From NCBI RefSeq assembly GCF_000315625.1, contig NW_005434601.1, positions 358,011 to 422,010 of the forward strand: DNA of 64,000 nucleotides, given 5' to 3'. Shown here piece after piece: positions 1-9,661 of this stretch (position 1 is its first letter; each line of letters starts with the position of its first letter). The position numbers were made by a program, and so were the translations under genes. The notes below the pieces were generated by a model. The model had not been told where the DNA came from, searched no databases, and saw nothing but the letters and a program-made list of their open reading frames with translations. This stretch comes from Guillardia theta CCMP2712 (Eukaryota; Protista; Cryptophyta).

Positions 1-2525
1 AGCACGCCGACGTGAAGGTAGAGGTAGAGCGAGTCCGAGTCCTTGACGCCTCCTGCCACCTGCGCGAAGCCTGTGATGTCACAGGGATGGGGATGGGGTG
101 ACGAGCGAGGGGAGAAGATGCCGCAGGAGGCGTCACCGTCACAGTGGAAGCGGAAGACTGAGAAGGGGCGGATGAGGAAGACGTCCGGGTCGAGGATGAG
201 GAGGACGTCGTCTGCGAACTCCTTGAAGATCACAGAATGCAGCAACCACTGCAGCGCGAGCATGTGGCCGTAAGACGGACGTTCGCTCAGCTCGAATTCC
301 TCCTCCTCGTCGCTCAGAGGCGTCCGATGGCACTGCACCCGCAGGTCTGCGCAGCGGAGGAGGAAGCGAGTGCGGAGCTCGGGAGTCGGGGAGTCGACGG
401 CAGCGACGAAGACGTGCGGATGCAGGAGGAAGGCGTTGAGGCTTTCGACCTGCAGCTCAAGGTACTCGAGGCTAGAGTAGAGGACGGTAGCCACCACCAC
501 CCTCCTCTCTCCCGGCCTCTCCCCACTGCTACTGTCAGATCCTGCTTCTCCTTCCCATGGCGTAGGAGGACCAGGAGCGGTGGCTCCAAGGTCTTCCTTC
601 CCAACCTCCTCAACGTGCCTCCTCCATGCAGATCGCAGCTTGTCGAGATCCTCCTCTTGCTCGCGCTGTCTGCCAGCATCTTCCGCTGCTCGTTCAGCAG
701 CTGCATGCTCCCCCGACAGGAAGGCACCAACGTCGGTCCTGTGCTCTCCCTTGTGGTTGGTGTGCAGGGGAAACCTGGGGAAGGGAAGGAGGAAGGCGTT
801 GGAGCAGCGACTTCGGGCATGAAAGTGACTGCCGATGCTGCTCAGCCCAACATTGTCCTCCATCTCCTGCACGTCTCCGACCTCTACGGCAATCGGTGCT
901 CGTCCTGTCTCCTTCGCCACCAAGAAGTTGAGGAGGATATCCTCGCAGCTCCCGTACGCGTCCACCACTCGCCTCCCCTCCGCCATCTCCCCCACTCCCT
1001 CCTCCTCGCTGTACTTCACCAGCCACCCCCTGTGGAAGAGCGCGAAGCCGGTGAGGATAAGGTTGTAGTAGCCGGGCCAACCCCCCGTGACGTAGGTCAG
1101 CTCAGCACAGCTCGCGTCCTTGCACGCCAGACTTCGCGTTGTCAGCCACATGGGGCCCACGAGAGTTTCGGGGAAGGAGCACCAGACCTCCAGCAGCTTC
1201 TTCAGCTGCTCCTCCTCTGGCCTGAAGTCGTCATCCATGCTCACCACCGCCTCTGTCCTGATCTGCTCCCAAGGGAGGAAGCGATGGTTCAGCGAAGACT
1301 TGCTTGCTCCCCTATCTGAAGGATCGACCACTACCACCTTGTCTCCTTTCAAGCCCCCCCCACAAGCCTCTGCCTTCATGATCAGCGAGGCAATGGAGCT
1401 GTTCTTGGACCACATTTTGTTGTTCCAGAGGATGAGAACGCGGTCGACGATGTCCATCCCCACCAGCTGCCGCACCGTCTGCAGAGAGAAGCAAGCTCGC
1501 GGCTTCCAGAAGACAGGCATCACCACCGTCAGCTTCCCCTCGCAGTGGCTGCCCCATGTTGACGCAAGCACCGATCCATTGCTCCCTGACTCCCCTTGCT
1601 CCCTCCTCTCGATGCAGGGCACGTGCGGGCAATCGTGCTCCTCCTCCCCGTCCTGCTGAGGGTCAACCTCGACGAGCGTGTAGGTGAAGGAGCCGATGCT
1701 CTCGTCTGCTACCCGGAGCTTCACGAGGAACGTCGATGCTTCAGGCAGACTTCTTGTCCTCCATGGTGCGAACTGAAGAGCGAGCAGCAGCGCTGGTCGG
1801 GACTCGCCCCGCAGCTGTTCGATGCGCTGAGGGAAGAAGAAGGCAGGAGGGGTGGAAGGAGAGGGCACAGGAAGCCACTCGGAGGGGCAGGAGAAGGACA
1901 AGCGCGCGATCTCATGCAGGAGTAGGTAGGTAGAGAAGTGAAGGTCCGCCAAGCCCGACCGGAAGGCTTCGAGCAGGCGGAGGAGAACGTTGGGTTCAGT
2001 GAGACTTGAATGGAAGCTAAGGCTTCCCACCTGCAGCACATCCACCCACACGTCAAACTCATGGGGCTGCTCCGAGCTCGTCGGGAACGAGATCATGGCG
2101 TTGCTCAAACTGCGCGTCCTCGTTATCGCATGCTTGTTCCACACAAACCCACGAGCTCCCACAACTGCTCGCCGTCCTATCGCATCGACCTGATTCTTTG
2201 CGACAGAGATCCAGTCGGCAGCATACGTGAGCGTGTCCTCGAGTACAACAATGTAGTGCTCGTCAAAGGAGCAGCGCTCGAGTTCATACTTTCTTGTGAT
2301 GACGCGAACCCTCTGCTCCTGAGTTTGCTCTTCCAGGAGCTGCTTATCAGCTTCATGAGCAAACACCAGGATCGACTGAACGTCGTCAGTGAAGTCAATG
2401 GAATGGAGGAGGTTCAGCTCCCTCTCTCCTCTCTGATGCAAGATAACGACAAGCGTGTCGGCCTGCTTGCCCGCGACTACAGGAAGGAACACCAGGAGAG
2501 CAGCGATGAGGACAGGAAGGGACAT
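1..2525 (-). CDS. Signal-peptide-bearing, intronless multi-domain glycosyltransferase with a central GT64 (exostosin C-terminal/EXTL2-like) domain; 3' end runs off the window
   Basis: Frame from ATG at 2525 (MSLPVLIAALLVFLPVVAG) reads open to base 3; absent from the ORF track because no stop lies in the window. GT64 motifs: LTVVMPVF, ILWNN, SLNHRFLPWEQIRTEAVVSMDDD, YNLILTGFALFHR, SCEDILLNFLVA, GLSS..HFHARSRC. A C-terminal DVLLILDPDVFLIRPF provides a further DxD GT-A-like motif. Confidence 0.85.
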   Translation of the reverse strand, partial: MSLPVLIAALLVFLPVVAGKQADTLVVILHQRGERELNLLHSIDFTDDVQSILVFAHEADKQLLEEQTQEQRVRVITRKYELERCSFDEHYIVVLEDTLTYAADWISVAKNQVDAIGRRAVVGARGFVWNKHAITRTRSLSNAMISFPTSSEQPHEFDVWVDVLQVGSLSFHSSLTEPNVLLRLLEAFRSGLADLHFSTYLLLHEIARLSFSCPSEWLPVPSPSTPPAFFFPQRIEQLRGESRPALLLALQFAPWRTRSLPEASTFLVKLRVADESIGSFTYTLVEVDPQQDGEEEHDCPHVPCIERREQGESGSNGSVLASTWGSHCEGKLTVVMPVFWKPRACFSLQTVRQLVGMDIVDRVLILWNNKMWSKNSSIASLIMKAEACGGGLKGDKVVVVDPSDRGASKSSLNHRFLPWEQIRTEAVVSMDDDFRPEEEQLKKLLEVWCSFPETLVGPMWLTTRSLACKDASCAELTYVTGGWPGYYNLILTGFALFHRGWLVKYSEEEGVGEMAEGRRVVDAYGSCEDILLNFLVAKETGRAPIAVEVGDVQEMEDNVGLSSIGSHFHARSRCSNAFLLPFPRFPLHTNHKGEHRTDVGAFLSGEHAAAERAAEDAGRQREQEEDLDKLRSAWRRHVEEVGKEDLGATAPGPPTPWEGEAGSDSSSGERPGERRVVVATVLYSSLEYLELQVESLNAFLLHPHVFVAAVDSPTPELRTRFLLRCADLRVQCHRTPLSDEEEEFELSERPSYGHMLALQWLLHSVIFKEFADDVLLILDPDVFLIRPFSVFRFHCDGDASCGIFSPRSSPHPHPCDITGFAQVAGGVKDSDSLYLYLHVGV

Positions 2526-2555
2526 GATGGGGGAGTATCTTTAAGGGAAGATTCA

Positions 2556-2591
<36 letters not shown>

Positions 2592-2903
2592 CCTGCTATT
2601 ATACCTGCATCCTTTCGCTCCCTAGCAACCCTTCATTCTTTCGCTGCCTGAAAAATGTTTACTCATCTGATCGATCAATACCATTTCAAGCTCGCCTCAT
2701 CATAGAGTCAATCTTTTTGAAAGGCAGCAAAATAATCTTATCGAGTTCTACTATCCAACACGGAAACAGACTTTTAGCTCTAGCTTTTATTTTAACTACC
2801 CACCCCAATCAACTCAATCACCCCTTTTTCCGACGAGATCTGATGGGGTAGTGGCGATAAGCCCACCGGTACCCTCACCATCGACCTCTGTTCACGCGCA
2901 AGT

Positions 2904-3807
2904 ATGGCGAGGATCCTTATGGTCGTAGCGGCCATGTGCATGCTGGGGGCTCTTGGGGCCGCAGAGGCCCTCGCTCCTCCTCTCACTCTGACGTCTTCCC
3001 CCTCTCTCCTCGCCCCTCGCCTCCTTCCCCTGTCCTCAGACTCCCTGCTTTCCGCTCTTGAGCAGGCCAAGCATGCCGGATTCAACCATGGCGCGATCCT
3101 CGCACTGCGGGTGAGAATGCAGGGCCCCGTGCTTCCTGAAGGCTCATGACGCATGGGAACTACAGGGAGGCAACGATGACGAGGATGGCGACTTGTTTGC
3201 TGATGGAGACGAAGAAACCACCGCTGCAGCAGAAGAGTTGAAGAAGAAAGCTGAAGCGGCCAAGGCAAAGTCATCAGGAGGACGAGGACCAGCGAAGACT
3301 GCGGTGGTGATAGACGTCAAAGGTTAATCTACTCATAGAAGTCACGATTCTGATCAACATACCAGGTCTTGATGAGAATACCGACTTTCAGGAGGTGGAG
3401 AAGTCTGCGCGAGAGGTCAGTTTCTTTGAATGTTTGATGTGCGACCATGCGAGGCAATGAGCGAGTGGCTGTCGTTCAGATCAAAATGGAAGGATTGCTG
3501 TGGGGTGAAAGCCACTTGGTCTCCATCGGGTTCCGTTGCCTTCCCTCACATCTCATCGTTTCTTACCATCGAGCAGGTACGGCCTCCAGAAGCTGCGGAT
3601 CACAGTGGTAGTGGAAGACGACAAGGTGCAGTCAAAGCGTGAAGCCTTGAAGTAATGTGAAACTTTTCCTGCAGGTCAGCATCGATGACTTGGAGGAAAC
3701 ACTTGGCGAAATCTCCGGAGTCCAGGTGAAGATATGCGACCCATGCAGACAGCAAGTAACCACGTATTTATTAGAGTGTTGACATCGTCTCCATGAACAA
3801 GATTTGA
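2904..3807 (+). CDS. EF1B: Elongation factor 1-beta/delta (EF1B GEF domain) with N-terminal signal peptide + transit-like leader ending in LRGG; 6 introns
   Basis: Spliced product MARILMVVAAMCMLGALGAAEA...AILALR|GGNDDEDGDLF...AKTAVVIDVKG|LDENTDFQEVEKSARE|IKMEGLLWGESHLVSIG|YGLQKLRITVVVEDDK|VSIDDLEETLGEISGVQ|SVDIVSMNKI* matches the EF1B C-terminal consensus. First intron 3111-3165. Confidence 0.9.
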
Positions 3808-3867
3808 TTCTTAGAGCTTAGAATATCACAAGAATGAATTCGAGCGCCCGTCAGCCTTTCTTCTCCC

Positions 3868-4588
3868 TCACCACGAGCACTGAAAGCCGAAAGCAAGTGA
3901 CAGCGCAGGCACTACACAGGTGGCGGCTGACCCGAAGAGGATGGCGACCTGCGAAGAGCCGATGAGCACAATCGCTCAAGATGTGTGGGAGTAGCTTACA
4001 GGAGCAGCAACGATAAGAATGAGATAGAAGATCGGATCCTCAAGAAGATTCATTGTTTGCGCGGTCTCGTCCTTCCTTTCCAGGGACCCGTTCAATGGCT
4101 GTGAACCTTTGTTATTTTCGCACACAGCAGCACACTGGCAGAAAACGATTACATTCAAAGTTCTCCCAAACACCGAGCGCTTCTGCTCCTGGGTTTTATA
4201 CCACTCGTTGCTCTCTTCCTCGATACCCCATCGTGATCCTCGTTGCGGAACCTTGCTTGGCTTCGATTTTGGCGAGAGAGGATCGCCTCCAACTCGTGAT
4301 CTGTGATCAAACAACATCATGTATGACTCAAAATCAAGAGGAAACGTACTCTCTGTCTGCTGAAGTCGTTCGTTCAAACCAGTTCTTGTCTACACCCACG
4401 GCAGTGGAGGGCACGTCGGTATCGACCAACGCGTCTTCCTCTGTCTTCCTCGCTTTTAGAATCAGGCAGCCCTGCCTGACCGAAGAGCAGGTTGAAGGAA
4501 GCTGCGCGCGCAAGGGAAGAGAGGAGGAGAAGGTGAAGGCATGCGCATGAGCTGCCAGCATGCACACGACGACCGCCCTGGCAGCCAT
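3868..4588 (-). CDS. Plastid-targeted protein of unknown function with C-terminal hydrophobic segment(s)
   Basis: MAARAVVVCMLAAHAHA-FTFSSSLPLRAQLPSTCSS is a signal peptide + AxA-F + Ser/Arg-rich transit peptide. The spliced C-terminus is EDPIFYLILIVAAP|VAILFGSAATCVVPALSLAFGFQCSW*. Confidence 0.7.
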
Positions 4589-5384
4589 GAGGCCGGGTAA
4601 AGGGATGCAGGTCGGGGGGCGTGTCATCCACTCCGCCTCAGAGCGACACTGAGGCGCACTCAGCACTCACTCAGTGCCAGACTCAGGCTCAGTGTAGGTC
4701 CGCGTCGCCGGCCCCAAAGCCATGATGTTCACCAATGCCATGAAGATGATTGCTGAAACTGAGTCCAGAATACATCATCTCTCTAGCAGTTTCAAGTGAA
4801 ACTTCGCTCAGCCGTCACTTCCCGAGTCCCATTGCTGCAAGCACTCGGATCCGATCCGAAATCACGGTTCGCGTTGACAAGTTTCGCAACTATCATCTTG
4901 CGGTCCGGGTCGTGGTGTGCAGGCTGCGAGAGTGTAGGAAAGCGATTGGTGTCAAACGATGAGGAGTAGTAAGAGGACAGGTGAAAGAACAAAGCGATGG
5001 CAAGTTTGATGTTGGGATCAGATTGCTTCAGGGAAACTTGTACACGAAGCATCAGATGAAGTTGACGAGCTTCATTGGATCGAGTTGGTCAAGATTCAAC
5101 GGGCCTCGCAGCTTTGGGTTGTCAGCAGGGTAGCCTGACATTCACCAACCGCGTTCCCGACTGAGTCCCGGCGGTGGGCACCTCCTGCAACCGAGGCAGC
5201 CCCGCCGAGAACTTCATGACGCCAAGTGAAATCAAGAAGTGAAATTCTCTGGCCTGGCTCACTGGGCTCAGCTCGGCATTGCCGCCGCCTTGAAGTCAGT
5301 TCTTCATCGACTTTTGAGTGCTCAACAGTCCGAGAATCTGCCAAAGAAAGCACAGTCACGGTGATCATGAAGAGCCCGTTCATC

Positions 5385-6452
5385 TGACCTGCAAGAGAGC
5401 ATCATATTCTTCCTTCTTCAACCTTTCTGCATCAAGAATCATCTTTTTGCCTTCAACCTGATAGGTTGGCCGTCAGCGGACATAAAATCAAATCAAGCAA
5501 GATTTCTACTTCAATGAAGAATGTTCGAATGTTCCGAAGCTGTTACACAAGAGTCACAGATGGAAAGTGATTCTGTTGTGCATACATCGGGAGGAGGAGT
5601 GTCAACACCCTTTGTGAAGAAACTTTTCATCAACGCAGGTTTGATGGCGGATGTATCTGCCTCGATCTTCTTGTCCGCAAGGAAGAAAGGGGTGTGTATC
5701 TTCACCTAAACCATCAACTTCACATCAGCCAACTTGTGAGGGTCTGCTTGGCTATCTTGATGACCTTCTTTGTGTTCAACATGGCGACTACTTTGGAAAT
5801 GTATCGATCTTGAAGCATGAGCGAGCTCCAGAATGCAAACCCGGAGAAGGCAAGAAGCCCTCCTCCGAACGCCAGCCTGTGTTGCAGGTCACACTTGCGC
5901 GCAGTCAGGCAAGAAAGCACTTAGTGAGTTCTCCAGTGAAGATAACCTGATCGCTGTAAAACATGCAAAATGACAAGGTGACCGCAAGCTGAATAGAAGT
6001 GAAGCATACTATTGCTCTGACAATGCATCAGTGTTCATCATGATCAAGAGCCAGCCCGTAACTCACCTGGGAAAGAATGCATGCGGCATGTCAATCTCCG
6101 TAGCTTCTACAAGGAATCTGTTCATGATAGGCTTCTCTGCTCGTGGTCTTGTGAAGTAGCTCACGGTTTTTTTGGTTGCATCATTTTCTTTGTTTGCTGT
6201 TGACAGATGTCTCCTTGTCGGAATCTCAAGGGGTGCAGTTTCTCGCCCGCACATAGCAGCACAATTACGTGACAACAGGGTTGAAAATAGTCGAGGAACA
6301 ATTGAACTCTGGTATTTTCCTCCAAACCAGACGCTGGATGAAGGCCTTGATATCCCGATTGCTGGGGACGGTCGACTCCGTAGAGCAGAACAAGCTCGTG
6401 CATGGCCTAGCAAGATCGCAGAGGCCGACTGAGGGCATACAGTATTGATCAT
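5385..6452 (-). CDS. Probable mitochondrial inner-membrane protein (TMEM70/TMEM186/TMEM223-like), multi-exon
   Basis: Arg/Ser-rich presequence-like N-terminus (MINTVCPQSASAILLGHARACSALRSRPS...RRHLST). A TM segment (HRLAFGGGLLAFSGFAFWSSLML) is followed by RYISKVVAML...VKIHTPFF and VEGKKMILDAE. Family call is by architecture only. Confidence 0.45.
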
Positions 6453-7137
6453 GATGGCTCCTCCTCCCCCCCATCCTCTTCCCCCCCCCCCCCTCCATCC
6501 TCCTCGGAGCACCACCTGGATCCTGATCCACGACGCCATTCCACGACCGTTATGGCAAAACCACATGTAACGGTTACACTTCCCGTCGACATTGAAACCG
6601 TCGACAGAAAAATGTAACCGTCATGGAGGCAGAGGGGGAGGACCAGGTGGCTGCAGGTGCGATTCTGAAAAAGAGTCTTTTCACTGGATAATGGATCTTG
6701 GATACAATTAGGGCAGGGACTGACCAGAAATCGCAACCTTTGGTTGTGTCACGTGAGAGATGCTTCTAAAAATACCATCCGATGACAATACCAAGTTATC
6801 GAAAACACTCTTTTTCACTGTAGCCTTTTTATTCAAAATAAGGTGGGGTGGGTGGGACAAAATCGAAACTGAACTGCGCGCCTGCGAGGGGTGGGTGAGA
6901 TCATAGTGATAAAGAGTAATTTAGGGGGTGGGGGTAGGTACCCCACCATTCAGATCCGTTTTCTTGACACAGAAGCGGAAGCGAGTAGGGGGAAGCGATT
7001 GCGAGGTGAAGGTAGAGCAGCTCGAGGAGAAGAGCACGTAATGATCTGCCCCTGATAGAGCGAGCAAGTAAAGCTCCAAGTCCTGCTCGGCTTGCTTTCA
7101 CACTCATAGCCCTGTTTCCTTCATTCGGTGAACAACA

Positions 7138-9546
7138 ATGGTTTTCTATCTCAGCGGCGGTGCAGCCAATATCACTTGGATGGAACGAAAATCAGAGAAC
7201 AACTTTTCTGCGCACAGCACATTGCTTTCTTTCCCTTCTCTTCCTTACATCGGCATTATATCAGTCCTCTTGTATTCCAAAATTGCATATACGCTTCTCT
7301 TCACAACAATGCAACAGGCTGGGAAACGAGTTATTTATTTTCGGAATAGTTCGATAGATTTGGACAGCCGTACAATAGGCTTCTTTTTCCTCCTTGTATC
7401 AGTTCTACTAGCTACCCTTCTGATCATTTCGTTTCCGGGAGACCTCATGATTTGGGTTGCTTGTGGTCTGCTGCAATTGTTGGCTGGAGGATACACCGCG
7501 AGGAAAGTGTTTGCAAGGATTCTGAACCAGCAGAAGAAGTTCGAGTATCTCAAGAAGCTCGCCCTCACCTCGGAGGAGAGCAGACGACTCGTCCACACGC
7601 TGATACCCGAAAACGTCATGGCCAGGCTCACGTACCACGAGGACCGCGAGTTCCTTGGCATCGAGATTCCTCGATGCATCGTCATGTTCTGCGCACTGGA
7701 GCCACAGACCGAGCTCAAGTCGCTGCTGGGGCACGAGAGCTTCAAGCTGCTTGACCGAGTCTTCCAGGACTTTGACGAGGCAGTCCAGATCTTCGGCATG
7801 TACAAGTACCAGCATGTCGGCGACTGGTACATCGTCACGTGCCCCCGTGTAGCCCAGCCGTTCGACCGCGAGGTCCAGGAGTCAGAGTATCCCTTGAGCT
7901 ACTTCGAGGAGATGTGCTTGCTGGCAGAGGAGCTGGAGACTCGTGCAAAGAAGTTCGAGATCAACGGGAGCAGGCTGACCCTCCGGGTTGGCCTCCACTG
8001 TGGGGCTGCAGCAGGAGCTGTGGTGGGGCTGCATCGGGCCTTCTACTGCGTGTACGGGGACACGATCAACACCACAGCTCGCATGTGCAAGTACGCGCAG
8101 TGCTCGCAGATGCTGTGCACGGAAGAGTTTGCGGAGGAGGTGAAGAGACTGAAGAGCAGCAAGTTGTCAGCAGAGCCGATGGCTCGGATCGAAGTGAAGG
8201 GGAAGGGAACCATGAACGTCTATCGGGTGATCCTCGACAGCGAGCAGGAAGTTCAGTCGCCCATCACGCTGAAAGACATTCAGCTGCAGCGAGATGCAAG
8301 TGGCACTTGCCTGCCGCTGCCGCTGAGAAGACCTTTGGATATGTTCTCAAACCCCACCACAGAGTTCAACTTCAGGAGCGAGCAGGCGCGGGATCACTGG
8401 ATCACCATCGCCACCAGGCTTCTCCTGCACTTCATTGCCGTCCTGTCGCAGCTCAACGTCTTGAAGGTCTTTCCACTCGACGAGCTCTGCCCCTTCGACC
8501 CTCCTGCTGCCAGCCGATGCCTCCTGCTGAGGCAGCTCGCCGTCATCGGGGTACATGCTTGCGTCATCACCTCTTACTTAACCTTCACCGTGCGGAGTCT
8601 GTGGGAGGAGCTCAAGGTCTGTCCCAAGTTCTACCGGCACTTCATCATCTCCAAGATCAGCTGCGTCTGCTTCGCCGTCATCGCCAACCAATTTCTCGCC
8701 AGCGATCGCATCACCGTCATCTTCAGCGCCATCCTCGTCTTCACCAACCTCATCACCTGCGGCAAGTCGCTCTTGAGCTTGCTCCTCATGGCGATCCTTG
8801 GCGTCTCCTCCTCCACCGTGATCCTCATGCTCGACATGGGGCTGGCGAGGAGCTTCGTGATCCCCATCGCTCTCTCCGTCACTCTCCTCGTCACGCAGCT
8901 CAAGTCTCGGGCGCTGGAGCTCACGGAGGGCAACCGCCTGCAGTACTACAAGGTCATCGAGTTTGAGCTCGGGCGCTTTGAGTCCGTCCTGCGGGATCTG
9001 CTCCCGGTGGAGCAGGAAGACTTCTGTAAGACGAGGTTGAGGAGCCGCCGCGCCGTTGTCCTCCAGCTCGACGTCTGCAACTTCACGCAGCTCTCAGCCG
9101 CCATGGCGCCGCTCGCGCTCGCGCGCGCCATGCACAAGCTGTTCTCCTCCTTCGACCAGATGGTCCTCGACCGTAGCCTCTTCAAGGTCGACACCATCGG
9201 GGATGCCTACGTCGTAGTCGGGTGGCTGCCAGAGGAGAGGGGGGAGGGTGAGAAGCTTCGGTCCCTTGAGGTCTGCCGCTCGGTGCTGTCGCTGGCTCGG
9301 CTCATGGTGGAGGAGGTGCAAGCTTGCGGTATGTGCTGCAGGGTCGGCGTGTCGGTCGGGTCTGTGGCAGCGGGGGTGAGGGGGAGGATGCAGTCGAGGT
9401 TCCATGTGGAGGGACCGGCAATGCAGGAGGCGGAGCTGCTGGAGCGACGATGCGCGCAGAATGCCGTGCATGTGAGCTGGAAGTTGGGGGAGATGATGGG
9501 GAGGAAGAGGAGGGAGGGAGAAGGAGCCCTTGGTTGCTTCCTGTAA
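7138..9546 (+). CDS. Intronless membrane class III nucleotidyl cyclase, TM-cyclase-TM-cyclase architecture, probably a guanylyl cyclase
   Basis: 802-aa ORF. Domain 1: KYQHVGDWYIV, LRVGLHCG, FYCVYGDTINTTARMC, IEVKGKGTMNVY. Domain 2: VLQLDVCNFTQLS, FKVDTIGDAYVVV, RVGVSVG. Two hydrophobic clusters. Confidence 0.92.
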   Translation: MVFYLSGGAANITWMERKSENNFSAHSTLLSFPSLPYIGIISVLLYSKIAYTLLFTTMQQAGKRVIYFRNSSIDLDSRTIGFFFLLVSVLLATLLIISFPGDLMIWVACGLLQLLAGGYTARKVFARILNQQKKFEYLKKLALTSEESRRLVHTLIPENVMARLTYHEDREFLGIEIPRCIVMFCALEPQTELKSLLGHESFKLLDRVFQDFDEAVQIFGMYKYQHVGDWYIVTCPRVAQPFDREVQESEYPLSYFEEMCLLAEELETRAKKFEINGSRLTLRVGLHCGAAAGAVVGLHRAFYCVYGDTINTTARMCKYAQCSQMLCTEEFAEEVKRLKSSKLSAEPMARIEVKGKGTMNVYRVILDSEQEVQSPITLKDIQLQRDASGTCLPLPLRRPLDMFSNPTTEFNFRSEQARDHWITIATRLLLHFIAVLSQLNVLKVFPLDELCPFDPPAASRCLLLRQLAVIGVHACVITSYLTFTVRSLWEELKVCPKFYRHFIISKISCVCFAVIANQFLASDRITVIFSAILVFTNLITCGKSLLSLLLMAILGVSSSTVILMLDMGLARSFVIPIALSVTLLVTQLKSRALELTEGNRLQYYKVIEFELGRFESVLRDLLPVEQEDFCKTRLRSRRAVVLQLDVCNFTQLSAAMAPLALARAMHKLFSSFDQMVLDRSLFKVDTIGDAYVVVGWLPEERGEGEKLRSLEVCRSVLSLARLMVEEVQACGMCCRVGVSVGSVAAGVRGRMQSRFHVEGPAMQEAELLERRCAQNAVHVSWKLGEMMGRKRREGEGALGCFL

Positions 9547-9661
9547 CTCCAGGAGAAGGTCGACAGTGTTATAATAGATGTGAAGTTTCTTTCGTGCCTT
9601 GCCCTTCTCTCCCTCCCTCCTACTTCTCCTTCGTCTTTGTTTACATCTCGTTTGTCTTTCT

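Noticed and set aside
237-1319. 360-aa plus-strand ORF (also 2010-2651, 17513-18448, 27211-28089, 7839-8966)
   Set aside because: Antisense or alternate-frame shadows of GC3-rich real genes; no motifs.
4722-5140. Possible small spliced gene on + starting MMFTNAMKMIAE
   Set aside because: Could not build a consistent in-frame exon chain or recognise a motif.
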